Source of the DNA: an uncultured Gammaproteobacteria bacterium
GTDB lineage: Bacteria > Patescibacteriota > Microgenomatia > Daviesbacterales > UBA10151
Assembly: GCA_964362195.1 (NCBI GenBank)
Contig: CAYICZ010000002.1
Span: 63 to 64,062, forward strand
Reading direction: 5' to 3'
DNA: 64,000 bases
Shown here: positions 27,736 through 41,042 of the stretch, piece after piece
Layout: each line of letters opens with the position of its first letter
Numbering within the stretch: position 1 is the stretch's first letter
Translations under genes and position numbers: made by a program
Notes under the pieces: generated by a model
What the model was told of the DNA's origin: nothing
What the model saw: the letters and a program-made list of their open reading frames with translations, nothing else
Database searches by the model: none

Positions 27736-27945
27736 TTATATAGGTTTGCCGGCCAGGCCAAAGATTAGCAGATCGTTAACAAAACCGGTTGCCTGAAATG
27801 GCCAGGTAATAATTACTGAGTAAAATCCCGGAGATAAAAAAGAAATAACAGGCCATTTATAATATATAGCAAAGACTATGGTAAAGACAAATCCTACCAT
27901 AAAATAACTAATAGCAATTGTAGAAAGTATGGCAGACTTTTTCAT
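27736..27945 (-). CDS. Small membrane protein
   Basis: 69 aa, hydrophobic, coupled to the gyrA stop. Confidence 0.65.
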   Translation of the reverse strand: MKKSAILSTIAISYFMVGFVFTIVFAIYYKWPVISFLSPGFYSVIITWPFQATGFVNDLLIFGLAGKPI

Positions 27946-30503
27946 TTAGTCTTATCCTGATTAACATTATCAGCTGTTTTGTCTTTGCTGGCAACCACTG
28001 TGGCAGCAACAACTTTTTCTCCCGGCCTTACCCGCATTAATATTACACCCTGTGTTTGGCGCTGAAGTGTTGGTACTTCCTTAAGGCTCATCTTAATTAG
28101 CTGTCCTTTGGTGGATGTTAGAACCAAAGTATCCATTGATTTATCAACAACGGAAGCTGTGACAATGTCACCTGTTTTGGCAGTTATTTGGGCAGCTTTC
28201 ACTCCCTGTCCTCCCCTGCCTTGTTTGCTCCAACCGGTTGTCAGGGTTTTTTTGCCTAAACCATTTTCCATAACTACCAAAAGTTCTCCTTCTACTTTTC
28301 CTATAATATTTAAAGAAACAACCTGATCGTCTTTTCCTAAGCGTATTCCTCTGACTCCTGAGGTGTCCCGATGGGTTGGCTTCACCTGCTTTTCGCTAAA
28401 ACGGATCGATTTTCCTTTTTTGGATACTATAATAACTTCATCTTCCCCTGTTGTGGGGGAAACCCAGCCTAAAACATCTCCGGTGTCAAGCTTTATAGCC
28501 ACCAGGCCATTCTTTCTGATATTTGCGTATTCTGTCAAAGCAGTTTTCTTAACAGTTCCGCGCGAGGTACACATAAAGAAGTATTTAGCGCTTTCTCCTT
28601 TACCCCTAGTGGTCAATACTGCAGTTACTTTTTCACCTTGTTCAACATTTATTAAATTGACAATTGCCTGGCCTTTGGCTACTCTTTGGGTTTCCGGAAT
28701 TTCCCAAACCTTTACCTGATAAACTTTACCCTTGTCTGTAAAGAATAAAATATTGTCATGGGTTTGGGTATAAAATATGTGAGAAACCGCATCTGTTTCT
28801 TTTGTAGAGATTCCCATAACTCCTTTTCCACCCCGCTGTTGGGTTCTAAAAGAGGCAGGAGCTTGTCTTTTAACATATCCGCCTTCGGTAATTGTGACAA
28901 TAGTTACCTCATTTGGTACCAAATCTTCTTCATTAAACTCCCCTATTTTTTGTTTATAAACCCTAGTTTTTCTATCATCACCATATCTTTCTTTTATGTT
29001 AATCAGCTCATTTTTAATAACTTTTAAAATTTTCTCAGGATGGGCCAGCAAATCAGTCAAATAAGCAATAGTTTCCTGGACCATTTTCAACTCATCTTCA
29101 ATTTTTTGCCGCTCCAGGGCTGCCAGACGCCTTAGCTGCATATCCAAAATAGACACTGCCTGTATCTCTGATAATTTAAATTTTTTCATCAAATTAATCT
29201 TTGCCTCATCTGAGTCTTTTGATTTTCGAATTGTGGCAATTACCTCATCTATGTTATCAACAGCTATTTTTAATCCTTCTAAAATATGCTCTCTGGCCTT
29301 AGCTTCGCTCAACTCAAACTCAGACCTTCTTCTAATAATTGTCTGACGGTGGGAAATAAACTCCTCTAAAATATGCTTTAGGGTCAAAAGATGTGGCACG
29401 CCATCAACTAAGGCAACCAGATTAACATTAAAAACAGACTGCATAGCGGTTGATTTATAAAGGTTATTTAAAAGGGATTGTGGCTTTGCATCTTTCTTTA
29501 GATCAAACACAATTCTGACCATTTGTTTTCTGTCTGATTCATCTCTTAAGTCTGCAACTCCTTCCAGTTTTTTATCCTTAACCAAATCTGCAATCCTGGC
29601 AATCAGGGTGGATTTATTAACCTGATAAGGCAGCTCAGAAACAATAATCTGCATTTTTCCTGCTGGTGTTTCATCAATTTCTGCTTTGGCTCTCATCACA
29701 ATTCGCCCCTTTCCTGTGGCATAAGCAGCCAGGATTTCTGTCTGGTCGTAAATTGAAGCGCCTGTGGGGAAATCAGGCCCTTTAATAAACCCCAGCAGCT
29801 CTTCCACTGATGCATCTGAGGTAAATTTACCGGTTGAGTCAAACTTAGTCATGGTATCTGAGTGATCAATACCTTCTGTTTTTTCTTCGCTACCCCCTTT
29901 TGAAGGGTTCTCAATCATATAAACTAAAGCGTCGCAAACCTCACCTAGATTATGAGGCGGAATTTGGGTGGCCATGCCAACAGCAATACCTGAGGCGCCA
30001 TTAAGCAGCAGATTAGGTATAACAGATGGAAGCACAGTTGGTTCCTGAATTGTGCCGGAATAATTATCCACAAAATCTACCGTGTTTTTATTAATATCCC
30101 TAAGCAGCTCATCTGCAATTGCAGCCAGTCTGGCTTCTGTATACCTCATGGCTGCAGGAGAATCTCCGTCAATTGAGCCATAGTTTCCCTGACCGTCAAC
30201 TAACATGTATCTTAGGGAAAAATTCTGAGCCATCCTGACCATGGCTTCATAAACAGGGGCATCACCATGAGGGTGTAAATTTTTTAATACCTCACCAACA
30301 ACTGCAGCAGACTTTTGATACCTGGAGGTATGATGCAGGCCTTGCTCGTTCATGGCAAAGACAATCCTCCGTTGGACAGGTTTAAGGCCATCTCTTACAT
30401 CCGGCAAAGCTCTTGAGATAATAACAGACATTGCATAATTCACGTATGAATCCTGCATCTCTTTTATAATTGGGGTTGGTTCTATTTTTCCGATATTACT
30501 CAT
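27942..30503 (-). CDS. gyrA: DNA gyrase subunit A
   Basis: [24 protein letters not shown] and GyrA-box QQRGGKG. Confidence 0.97.
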   Translation of the reverse strand: MSNIGKIEPTPIIKEMQDSYVNYAMSVIISRALPDVRDGLKPVQRRIVFAMNEQGLHHTSRYQKSAAVVGEVLKNLHPHGDAPVYEAMVRMAQNFSLRYMLVDGQGNYGSIDGDSPAAMRYTEARLAAIADELLRDINKNTVDFVDNYSGTIQEPTVLPSVIPNLLLNGASGIAVGMATQIPPHNLGEVCDALVYMIENPSKGGSEEKTEGIDHSDTMTKFDSTGKFTSDASVEELLGFIKGPDFPTGASIYDQTEILAAYATGKGRIVMRAKAEIDETPAGKMQIIVSELPYQVNKSTLIARIADLVKDKKLEGVADLRDESDRKQMVRIVFDLKKDAKPQSLLNNLYKSTAMQSVFNVNLVALVDGVPHLLTLKHILEEFISHRQTIIRRRSEFELSEAKAREHILEGLKIAVDNIDEVIATIRKSKDSDEAKINLMKKFKLSEIQAVSILDMQLRRLAALERQKIEDELKMVQETIAYLTDLLAHPEKILKVIKNELINIKERYGDDRKTRVYKQKIGEFNEEDLVPNEVTIVTITEGGYVKRQAPASFRTQQRGGKGVMGISTKETDAVSHIFYTQTHDNILFFTDKGKVYQVKVWEIPETQRVAKGQAIVNLINVEQGEKVTAVLTTRGKGESAKYFFMCTSRGTVKKTALTEYANIRKNGLVAIKLDTGDVLGWVSPTTGEDEVIIVSKKGKSIRFSEKQVKPTHRDTSGVRGIRLGKDDQVVSLNIIGKVEGELLVVMENGLGKKTLTTGWSKQGRGGQGVKAAQITAKTGDIVTASVVDKSMDTLVLTSTKGQLIKMSLKEVPTLQRQTQGVILMRVRPGEKVVAATVVASKDKTADNVNQDKTK

Positions 30504-30528
30504 TTAGGAAGGTTAAATTATACCTTTT

Positions 30529-31143
30529 TTAGGTTAGCTTAAGCAAGGGGAATTTAGCCTTTCTGGGCCAGTTGCGCCAGGCCTGTTCATTTCTATATAA
30601 AGTGAACTCACTCTTTTTAACCCAATGCAAATTATCCGGGTTAGTAATATGATCCACAAATATTTTGCCGATTAAATGATCAATTTCATGCTGAAAAATT
30701 CTTGCCACATATCCACTATATTTTTTTTCTGTATATCTAGCTTGCAACCTCGGAGGTTGCAGCGTAAATCCTCTAATTTTTATGGAAGTTGGTCTGGAGA
30801 CAATGCCGCAAACTCTTCCTGTTGAGAAACAACCTTCATACCACTCCCCTTTCTTTTTGGATTTCCAGATAATTTCCGGATTTATATAAACGCGAAGATT
30901 TCCGACCTGGCCTTTGCCATTAGCTGCTACATCAACGAGGATTATCCTTTTTAAAATCCCAATCTGCGGCGCGGCCAGTCCTACCATCACAGGTTTATTC
31001 TTATTTTTTTGCTCACCAGACGCAACTTTTAACATAAGATTAATAATCTCCTTAGTTTCTTTTGAAGAAATTTGCTCTTTGGGAATTTTTTTGGAAATTT
31101 TTGTTAAAAGCGGATTATTGGGCTTAAGGAATCTTGTTCGCAT
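30529..31143 (-). CDS. def: Peptide deformylase
   Basis: GLAAPQIG, EGCFS and QHEIDH motifs. Confidence 0.93.
   Translation of the reverse strand: MRTRFLKPNNPLLTKISKKIPKEQISSKETKEIINLMLKVASGEQKNKNKPVMVGLAAPQIGILKRIILVDVAANGKGQVGNLRVYINPEIIWKSKKKGEWYEGCFSTGRVCGIVSRPTSIKIRGFTLQPPRLQARYTEKKYSGYVARIFQHEIDHLIGKIFVDHITNPDNLHWVKKSEFTLYRNEQAWRNWPRKAKFPLLKLT
30738..30767 (+). repeat. REP-like element in frame inside def
   Basis: tagcttgcaacct-cgg-aggttgcagcgtaa, identical to 40633-40662. Confidence 0.9.
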
Positions 31144-32026
31144 AAGATAATTTTATTATTTTATCTAACAGTTTTGGAAAAGTTATTCCCACTGCCTGAG
31201 CTGCTTTGGGGAATAAAGAAGAGGCTGTTAATCCGGGAATAGTATTTACTTCCAAGACATACACTTCTCCATTAGACACAATGAAATCTGTTCTGGAAAA
31301 CTGCCCAAGTTTTAAAGTTATGTGAATTTGTTGGGCAATTTGTTGGGCTTTTTTCTGTAACTTCTTTGATACAGATGGAGCAAAAGGAATTTCTTTTGTT
31401 TTACCCCAATATTTATTTTGATAATCAAACCAGCCATCTTTTGGTGGAACTATTTCCACAACAGGCAATGCTTCATTTTCAAGTATTCCTACGGTGATTT
31501 CTACTCCAGGTAAATATTTTTCTACAAAAAGCGGCAATTTGGATTTTAAAAGCTTTTTCAACAAAGGGTTTATGAAATCTTTCTCTTCTTTTATTATTAC
31601 AACTTCCCTTGATGATCCTCCACTAGTACTTTTTAAAACAGCAGGAAGTCCAAAGTTTTTTATGTCCTTTAAACTTTTTACTTTTTTCCAAGGGGCGGTT
31701 AAAATTTTATTTTCATCAGAAAATTTTTTGAAGCTCAGTTTGTACCAGCCCTTTTTATATCCCTTATGATCTCCACCTATAAACGGTTTACCTAAAGTAG
31801 ACAAAAACTTTTGCAAATTACCTCCCTCTCCTTCTTCACCATGGATTACCGGGAAAATAACATCAAAATCATAAGATAACTTTTTTAAAGCAGGAAATCC
31901 TTTTTTTAAATCAAAAAGTTTTACCTGGTGACCTGTTTCTTCCAGTCCACCTTTAACTTGCTTTGCTGACATTTGGGAAATTAATCTTTCAGATGATGTT
32001 CCCCCTGTTATAACTAAAATTTTCAT
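31124..32026 (-). CDS. ddl: D-alanine-D-alanine ligase
   Basis: GGTSSER, HGEEGE, YQNKY and EVNTIPG motifs. Confidence 0.92.
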   Translation of the reverse strand: MKILVITGGTSSERLISQMSAKQVKGGLEETGHQVKLFDLKKGFPALKKLSYDFDVIFPVIHGEEGEGGNLQKFLSTLGKPFIGGDHKGYKKGWYKLSFKKFSDENKILTAPWKKVKSLKDIKNFGLPAVLKSTSGGSSREVVIIKEEKDFINPLLKKLLKSKLPLFVEKYLPGVEITVGILENEALPVVEIVPPKDGWFDYQNKYWGKTKEIPFAPSVSKKLQKKAQQIAQQIHITLKLGQFSRTDFIVSNGEVYVLEVNTIPGLTASSLFPKAAQAVGITFPKLLDKIIKLSYANKIP

Positions 32027-33126
32027 ATAATTATCCTTTTTATTGAACTGTCTAAATTTACCAACAGATCATATGTAATAGTTTTACAAATTTTAGCACA
32101 ATTCTGCATAGAATTCGGGTCACTGGGATTATCCGAATAGACTAAAACTTCCATACCAATTTGCGGGTTTTCTAATTTACTTATATCAACAATTGTAATA
32201 TTCATACTAACTCTCCCAATTATTGGACAAATTACCCTATTAATTATTACCATCCCTTTGTTTGATAATCTTCTATCAACTCCGTCATTATAGCCAATTG
32301 GTAAAATGCCTATGTTTAAATCTTTTTTTGTACTAAACGCCCCGTCATAGCCGCTTGTCTCGCCCCTTCTTAAAATTTTGATTTGACCTAAATGAGTAAT
32401 TAATTTTAAAGTGGGTTTTAGATTTTTATCATCACCTAGTCCATATAAAGAAATGCCAGTTCTGGACAAATTAGAGATTTGAGAAATAATTTCATTCGTT
32501 TCCTTATTAATCAAACCTCCTGATGCAGCTATGTGAATCCATCTAGGGCTTATTTTATACTCCTTTACAATTTTTAAAGCTTTTTTAAACTGTTTAATTT
32601 GGAGATTAAACAAAGGATCGTTTTTACCATTTGTTGATGCTAAATGAGACATTAATCCCTTAACTCTAACACCGGATTTCTTTACATCTTCCAAAGTCAC
32701 CCCTTCTCTTCTCATGCCGGTATCCACAAAAATATGTACACCGGCTTGAGGCTGATATTTTGCAATTGCTTCCAGTAAGTCTTTTGTATAAACAGCAAAA
32801 GAAAAAGGCAGTTTCTTTACCTTTAAGTTTTCAGGATTTGTATAACCTGTTATTAATATAGGGATTTTTATTCCGGATTTTTGCAGTTGATAGGCCTCAA
32901 ATAAAGAATCCACACAAAAAAATGGAGGGTTTAAAGGATCAAGGATCTTGGCAACTTCTACTATTCCATGTCCATACCCATTACTTTTTATAACCGGAGC
33001 AATTCTTATACCTTTGTTTAAAGAAGATAAATATTTATAATTGTGAATTAGGTTTGCTTTTGAAACCTCAATTTTATTTAAGGTTTGGTAATCTTTTTTT
33101 AATAATTTTAAAAGTTTGCTCAACAT
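32023..33126 (-). CDS. alr: Alanine racemase
   Basis: VIKSNGYGHG, DTGMRREG, IGYNDG and GRVSMN motifs. Confidence 0.93.
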   Translation of the reverse strand: MLSKLLKLLKKDYQTLNKIEVSKANLIHNYKYLSSLNKGIRIAPVIKSNGYGHGIVEVAKILDPLNPPFFCVDSLFEAYQLQKSGIKIPILITGYTNPENLKVKKLPFSFAVYTKDLLEAIAKYQPQAGVHIFVDTGMRREGVTLEDVKKSGVRVKGLMSHLASTNGKNDPLFNLQIKQFKKALKIVKEYKISPRWIHIAASGGLINKETNEIISQISNLSRTGISLYGLGDDKNLKPTLKLITHLGQIKILRRGETSGYDGAFSTKKDLNIGILPIGYNDGVDRRLSNKGMVIINRVICPIIGRVSMNITIVDISKLENPQIGMEVLVYSDNPSDPNSMQNCAKICKTITYDLLVNLDSSIKRIII

Positions 33127-33166
33127 TTAAGAGAAACTAATTATACATTATCCAATATATTGTGGA

Positions 33167-33730
33167 TTGACAAAGAAATCTATCTTGGTTATTGTGTTAA
33201 TTATGCAGATTGGTTTGCTATCCATAATTATTGTTGGGTTTGGAATTTTATCAAGACTTATTCCACATGCTCCAAATATTGTTCCAATTGGAGCTTTGAT
33301 GCTTTTTGGCGGAGCATATTTACCAAAAAAACTTTTATGGTTACCCATCTTGGCACTTTTTATTTCCGACTATTTCATTGGATTTTACGGGATAGATATG
33401 CTTTATGTTTATGGAGGTTTTGGGCTTGCCGGGCTGATTGGACTTTGGTTGCGATCACGAAAGAAACCGCTTTTTGTGATTGGAGGAGCACTATCTTCTT
33501 CCATATTATTTTTTATTATCACCAACTTCGGGGTTTGGGCTCCGCCAAATAACTGGTATCCGCATACTTTGAGCGGTTTAATTCAAAGTTATACTTTGGC
33601 CATCCCATTTTTCAGAAATTCACTTATCGGAGATTTGGGATATACAATCCTGCTTTTTGGCGGGTATGAACTAGTGCAGAATTTTTCTAAGAAATATCTG
33701 TCCCAAAAACTTGTTTCACTGCTGTATTAA
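33167..33730 (+). CDS. Putative ECF S-component/BtuM-like (DUF6580-like) transporter
   Basis: PHAPN..PI.A..LF.GA, FFIITNFGVW and AIPFFRN motifs. Confidence 0.7.
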   Translation: MTKKSILVIVLIMQIGLLSIIIVGFGILSRLIPHAPNIVPIGALMLFGGAYLPKKLLWLPILALFISDYFIGFYGIDMLYVYGGFGLAGLIGLWLRSRKKPLFVIGGALSSSILFFIITNFGVWAPPNNWYPHTLSGLIQSYTLAIPFFRNSLIGDLGYTILLFGGYELVQNFSKKYLSQKLVSLLY

Positions 33731-34994
33731 ATTTTCTTCCCCTGTCAAATTCATTTTGGAATAAATTAAACGAAGTAGCTCCCGGAGAAAAAAGGACGAT
33801 GTCTCCTTTTTGTACAATTGCTTTTACATCAGTTAATAACTTTTCTAAATTATTATAAGTGCCTTTTATTTTTTCTTTATTTTGCATTAATCTTTTTATC
33901 TCTTCTGTTGAATCTCCCTCCAGAAAAAAAACTTTTTTTGTATATTCATCAATTACTTTTGCCAGTTCCTTGTAGTCCATTCCTTTGTTCATCCCCCCGC
34001 AAATTAAAATAGAATTAGGGAATGTTTTTATGGCAGCAATTGCAGGATCAGAACCAGTAGCTGTTGTATCATTTATAATTTTTATACCATTCCAATCTTT
34101 TATTAACTCCATCCTAAAAGGAACACCCTTAAAATTATTTATGGTTTGAATAACTGATTTCTCTTCCAATCCAAAGTTTTTTCCAAAAGCCAACGCAGCA
34201 GCCATATTAGACTTATTATGGACACCTTCTAGGGCTGGTTTAAAATCCTCTGGTAAATCCGACTGAGAATAGAAGATAATTTTCCCATTTAAATTTTGCA
34301 AAAAATTAGGACTACTAATTGTCTGGTCGTCTTCATTGATAAAGAGAAAATCATCAGGTGTTTGATAAAGTCCGATTATTTTTTTTGAATAAATATATTC
34401 ATCCATATTTTTATAATAATTTAAATGATCCGGATAAATATTTGTGATCACTGCCCAATGAGGAGAAACTTTATGCTTATTAAAAGCTTCAAGTTGGAAA
34501 GAAGAAATTTCCAAAATAACTAATGTTTCCTCCGTAATATATTCCAGAGTATCTAAAACACTTTTGCCGATATTTCCGGCAAAGACAATTTTCTTAACTG
34601 AATTTTTTAAAACCTCATATATTAAAGATGCAGTAGTTGATTTACCTTTAGTTCCTGTTACTCCAATCATTTGCGAGGGTTTAACAAAGTCCAAAAAAAT
34701 TCCCATATCCTGCTCCACACATTTCCCCCTGGATTTTGCATATTTTATATATTGGTTTCCAGGTTTTACCCCGGGATTTTTAATAATTAAATCTGCCCAG
34801 TCAATGTCCTCATTTTTATGTTTCCCTAAAGTAAAAGTAATATCAGGAAAATCTTTTAATTGATCTAAAGAAGGCTTTAAAATTTCTTTAGATTTTAAAT
34901 CAGTTATTTTAACTTCATCACCTTTTTGGGCAAAAAATTTAGCAGAGCCTACTCCTCCCTCATTTAATCCTAAGCCAAAGATTAATACCTTCAT
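33687..34994 (-). CDS. murD: UDP-N-acetylmuramoyl-L-alanine:D-glutamate ligase
   Basis: GLG, NPG, TGTKGKSTT, LEISSFQL and SPGATSF motifs. Confidence 0.93.
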   Translation of the reverse strand: MKVLIFGLGLNEGGVGSAKFFAQKGDEVKITDLKSKEILKPSLDQLKDFPDITFTLGKHKNEDIDWADLIIKNPGVKPGNQYIKYAKSRGKCVEQDMGIFLDFVKPSQMIGVTGTKGKSTTASLIYEVLKNSVKKIVFAGNIGKSVLDTLEYITEETLVILEISSFQLEAFNKHKVSPHWAVITNIYPDHLNYYKNMDEYIYSKKIIGLYQTPDDFLFINEDDQTISSPNFLQNLNGKIIFYSQSDLPEDFKPALEGVHNKSNMAAALAFGKNFGLEEKSVIQTINNFKGVPFRMELIKDWNGIKIINDTTATGSDPAIAAIKTFPNSILICGGMNKGMDYKELAKVIDEYTKKVFFLEGDSTEEIKRLMQNKEKIKGTYNNLEKLLTDVKAIVQKGDIVLFSPGATSFNLFQNEFDRGRKFNTAVKQVFGTDIS

Positions 34995-35017
34995 GGTATG
35001 ATATTATATCTTGTTTT

Positions 35018-35824
35018 ATGCGTAATAATCCAATTGGTATCTTTGACTCTGGAATAGGCGGTTTGACAGTAGTTAAAGAAATTATAAAAACACTCCCTCA
35101 TGAAAGTATCATTTATATTGGGGATACAGCCAGAGTGCCATATGGACCAAGGAGTAAAGAAGTTGTTACTAAGTTTGCCATGGAAATGGTTACTTTCCTG
35201 CTTAGGAGGAAAATTAAAGCTTTGGTTATTGCCTGTAATACAATTTCAGGCTTAAGTTATGATGAGATTAGAGATGCAGTTTATCCTATTATAACTTTGG
35301 GAGTTATTAGACCGGCAGTCAGGCTTGCGATTCAAACCACTAAAAATAAAAAAATCGGGATAATAGGTACAGAAGGGACTATAAAGAGTCAGTCTTATCA
35401 GAAGATGTTTGAATTTTACAACTCTGATGCCCGAATTATATCTTCTGCCTGTCCTTTATTTGTGCCAATGGCCGAAGAAGGTTTGAATAATCACAAAGCG
35501 ACTAAATTGATAGCTCAGGATTATCTGAAGGAGTTTATTAAAAATAAAGTAGATACTCTGATTTTAGGCTGTACTCACTATCCTCTGTTGTATGATGCTA
35601 TTCAAGAGACTGTAGGAAAAGAAATGACATTAATAGATTCTGCTCAGCCAACAGCCCAAATGTTAAAAGAAAGATTAGAAGATGTGAATCTGTTGAGTGA
35701 TAACCCAAATCCCAAACATGAATTTTATGTCACTGATGCACCTGAGCGGGTAAAAAAAGTAGCAGGCAGATTTTTTGGGGAGGAGTTAAATGGGAAATTA
35801 AAAAAAGTTAATCTTGAGGATTAA
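35018..35824 (+). CDS. murI: Glutamate racemase
   Basis: FDSGIGG, PYG, ACNT and GCTHYP motifs. Confidence 0.96.
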   Translation: MRNNPIGIFDSGIGGLTVVKEIIKTLPHESIIYIGDTARVPYGPRSKEVVTKFAMEMVTFLLRRKIKALVIACNTISGLSYDEIRDAVYPIITLGVIRPAVRLAIQTTKNKKIGIIGTEGTIKSQSYQKMFEFYNSDARIISSACPLFVPMAEEGLNNHKATKLIAQDYLKEFIKNKVDTLILGCTHYPLLYDAIQETVGKEMTLIDSAQPTAQMLKERLEDVNLLSDNPNPKHEFYVTDAPERVKKVAGRFFGEELNGKLKKVNLED

Positions 35825-37112
35825 CTAATCCTCTAGCCATTTTATCTATATCCCCTGCTCCCATGAAAAATAAAATATCTCCTGGCTTTGCATATTGTTC
35901 AAATTCTTGTCTTTTAAGTTCTTTTGCGAAGTAAACGTTATTTTTGCCTATAGCTTTAACTAACTCCTGCGAACTTACTAAACCTATATCAATTTCTCTT
36001 GAGGGGTAAATATCCAAAATAACAATGCCTTCAACAGGCAAATTTTTAAATACTTTTACAAAATCACTAAATAAAGCCTTAGTTCGACTAAACATGTGGG
36101 GTTGATAGAAAAACCAGATTTTTTGATTTGGAAATTTTTCCCTGGCAGCTTCCATGGTTTTTTTAATCTCTGTAGGATGATGGCCAAAATCAGAGTAAAC
36201 TTTGGCCCCATGATACTCTCCTAAATACTCAAATCTTCTGCCAACTCCATTATAGTTATTTAAGCTATTTCTTATAATCTCCGGGTCGATTCCCAGAAGC
36301 AAACCCACTTGAAAAGCTGCTTTGGCATTTGAAATATTATATTCTCCCGGAATTTTAAGATTAAATTCTACCTCTATTTTATTAAAATCTAGCGCGGAAA
36401 CGCTAGAATGTTTCATGACATCTTTTACAATCTCTGCCACGTTTTTATCCAGAAGATTTGCCGCGATAGTTTGCTTACTTTGCAAAAGAAACTTCTCGAA
36501 AGATCCTAAATATGCATTTATGTCTTTAAAATATTCCGGATGATCCATTTCAATATTGGTAACAACAGTTATGTTTGGTTTAAAATGCAAAAAATTATCA
36601 TTAAACTCATCCGCCTCCACTACGAAGTATTTACTCTCTCCGGTTCGGTAATTTGTTTTCCATTTTGGATGGATTGCTCCAAGTAAAACAGTTGGGTCTA
36701 AGTTTGCGTCCTCCAGCATTTGAGCAATCATGGCAGTAGTTGTTGTTTTGCCATGTGTTCCGCAAACAGCAATTACAAATTTATCCTTGGTTAAATACTC
36801 TCCTGTAAACTGCTGCCAGGTTAAAACCGGAATGCCTAATTTTTTTGCCTCTAATAATTCCGGATTATTAGGATCTAGCGATGTAATTGCCGGAGTAATT
36901 GCCAAAATATCAATATTCGAATGGCCACCCCCGGGGTGGACGTTTAAATGTTTTGGGCTGTGACCTTTTAGAAGATGGGAAGATTTAAACTGGGTGGTAA
37001 ATTCGTTATTCGGTTCTAAATCACAACCGGTTATTTCAAATCCCTGAGCTTTTGCTAGTGCAGCCGCAGCTGATGCTCCAGATCCCCCTATTCCCAAAAA
37101 ATGCACTTTCAT
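35808..37112 (-). CDS. murC: UDP-N-acetylmuramate:L-alanine ligase
   Basis: GIGGSG, GTHGKTTT, EADE, HHPTE and QPH motifs. Confidence 0.93.
   Translation of the reverse strand: MKVHFLGIGGSGASAAAALAKAQGFEITGCDLEPNNEFTTQFKSSHLLKGHSPKHLNVHPGGGHSNIDILAITPAITSLDPNNPELLEAKKLGIPVLTWQQFTGEYLTKDKFVIAVCGTHGKTTTTAMIAQMLEDANLDPTVLLGAIHPKWKTNYRTGESKYFVVEADEFNDNFLHFKPNITVVTNIEMDHPEYFKDINAYLGSFEKFLLQSKQTIAANLLDKNVAEIVKDVMKHSSVSALDFNKIEVEFNLKIPGEYNISNAKAAFQVGLLLGIDPEIIRNSLNNYNGVGRRFEYLGEYHGAKVYSDFGHHPTEIKKTMEAAREKFPNQKIWFFYQPHMFSRTKALFSDFVKVFKNLPVEGIVILDIYPSREIDIGLVSSQELVKAIGKNNVYFAKELKRQEFEQYAKPGDILFFMGAGDIDKMARGLVNPQD
36917..36940 (+). repeat. GC-rich palindrome in frame inside murC
   Basis: tcgaatggccacccccggggtgga; encodes HPGGGHS. 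Confidence 0.75.
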
Positions 37113-37120
37113 GGGGTTAA

Positions 37121-40381
<3,261 letters not shown>

Positions 40382-40384
40382 CTA

Positions 40385-41017
40385 TCATTTTATTGAAGGC
40401 ATGACCAGCATTAAATATTCCAAAATTGCCCTTATATTTACATTCTGTTTTTGCCACTCCCCTGCCTGCAAAAGTTCTTTTACAAATTTAGAATTGGCGG
40501 GTAATTTTTTATGAAAATAGTCTAGTAAAGAAAGAAAAAACTCTTCCCTGTCTTTTAATTTTTCAATATATTCAAATCTCTGTTCTAAATTGGATTCTAA
40601 TAATTTTTCTATATCTGCTGAAAAGTTAGATTTAGCTTGCAACCTCGGAGGTTGCAGCGTAATTATCTGGCATCGGGATAAAACCGTTGGTAAAAATGGA
40701 GCATCTGAGTTTGCACATAAAATAAATAAACCATGTTTTGGTAGTTCTTCTAAAGTTTTAAGCAGAGCATTTTGGGCCTCAGGGGTTAGCGAGGTTGCAT
40801 CTTCTAAAACAACAGCCCTGCCTTTACCGGAGTATGGCTTTAGTGAAAAAAACTCTTTTATTTTTCTGGACTCAGCAATTCCTAACTTGGAATCTGAGCT
40901 AAAATACAATAAATCCGGATGATTATTTACGTTCACACCTCGAAGGTGTAAGGCTAAATTCTCTTGAATTTCTTTTTTTATTGTTTCAAGTGGTCCAATT
41001 AAAAGCCTTGCAATCAT
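40385..41017 (-). CDS. holB: DNA polymerase III delta'-like (short HolB-type) protein
   Basis: HPD, AQNALLKTLEE and TVLSRC motifs. Confidence 0.75.
   Translation of the reverse strand: MIARLLIGPLETIKKEIQENLALHLRGVNVNNHPDLLYFSSDSKLGIAESRKIKEFFSLKPYSGKGRAVVLEDATSLTPEAQNALLKTLEELPKHGLFILCANSDAPFLPTVLSRCQIITLQPPRLQAKSNFSADIEKLLESNLEQRFEYIEKLKDREEFFLSLLDYFHKKLPANSKFVKELLQAGEWQKQNVNIRAILEYLMLVMPSIK
40633..40662 (+). repeat. REP-like element in frame inside the holB-like gene
   Basis: Identical 30-mer to the def copy; encodes TLQPPRLQA. Confidence 0.9.
40926..40956 (-). repeat. Second REP-like element in frame inside the holB-like gene
   Basis: tttacgttcacacct-cga-aggtgtaaggcta; encodes ALHLRGVNV. 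Confidence 0.85.
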
Positions 41018-41042
41018 GGGCCAATTTTAACATAATGAAGTT

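Noticed and set aside
27693-27761. Extended RAYT N-terminus in the ORF track
   Set aside because: It is a read-through of the REP element and overlaps the upstream gene; the family-like sequence begins at MPGR (27692)
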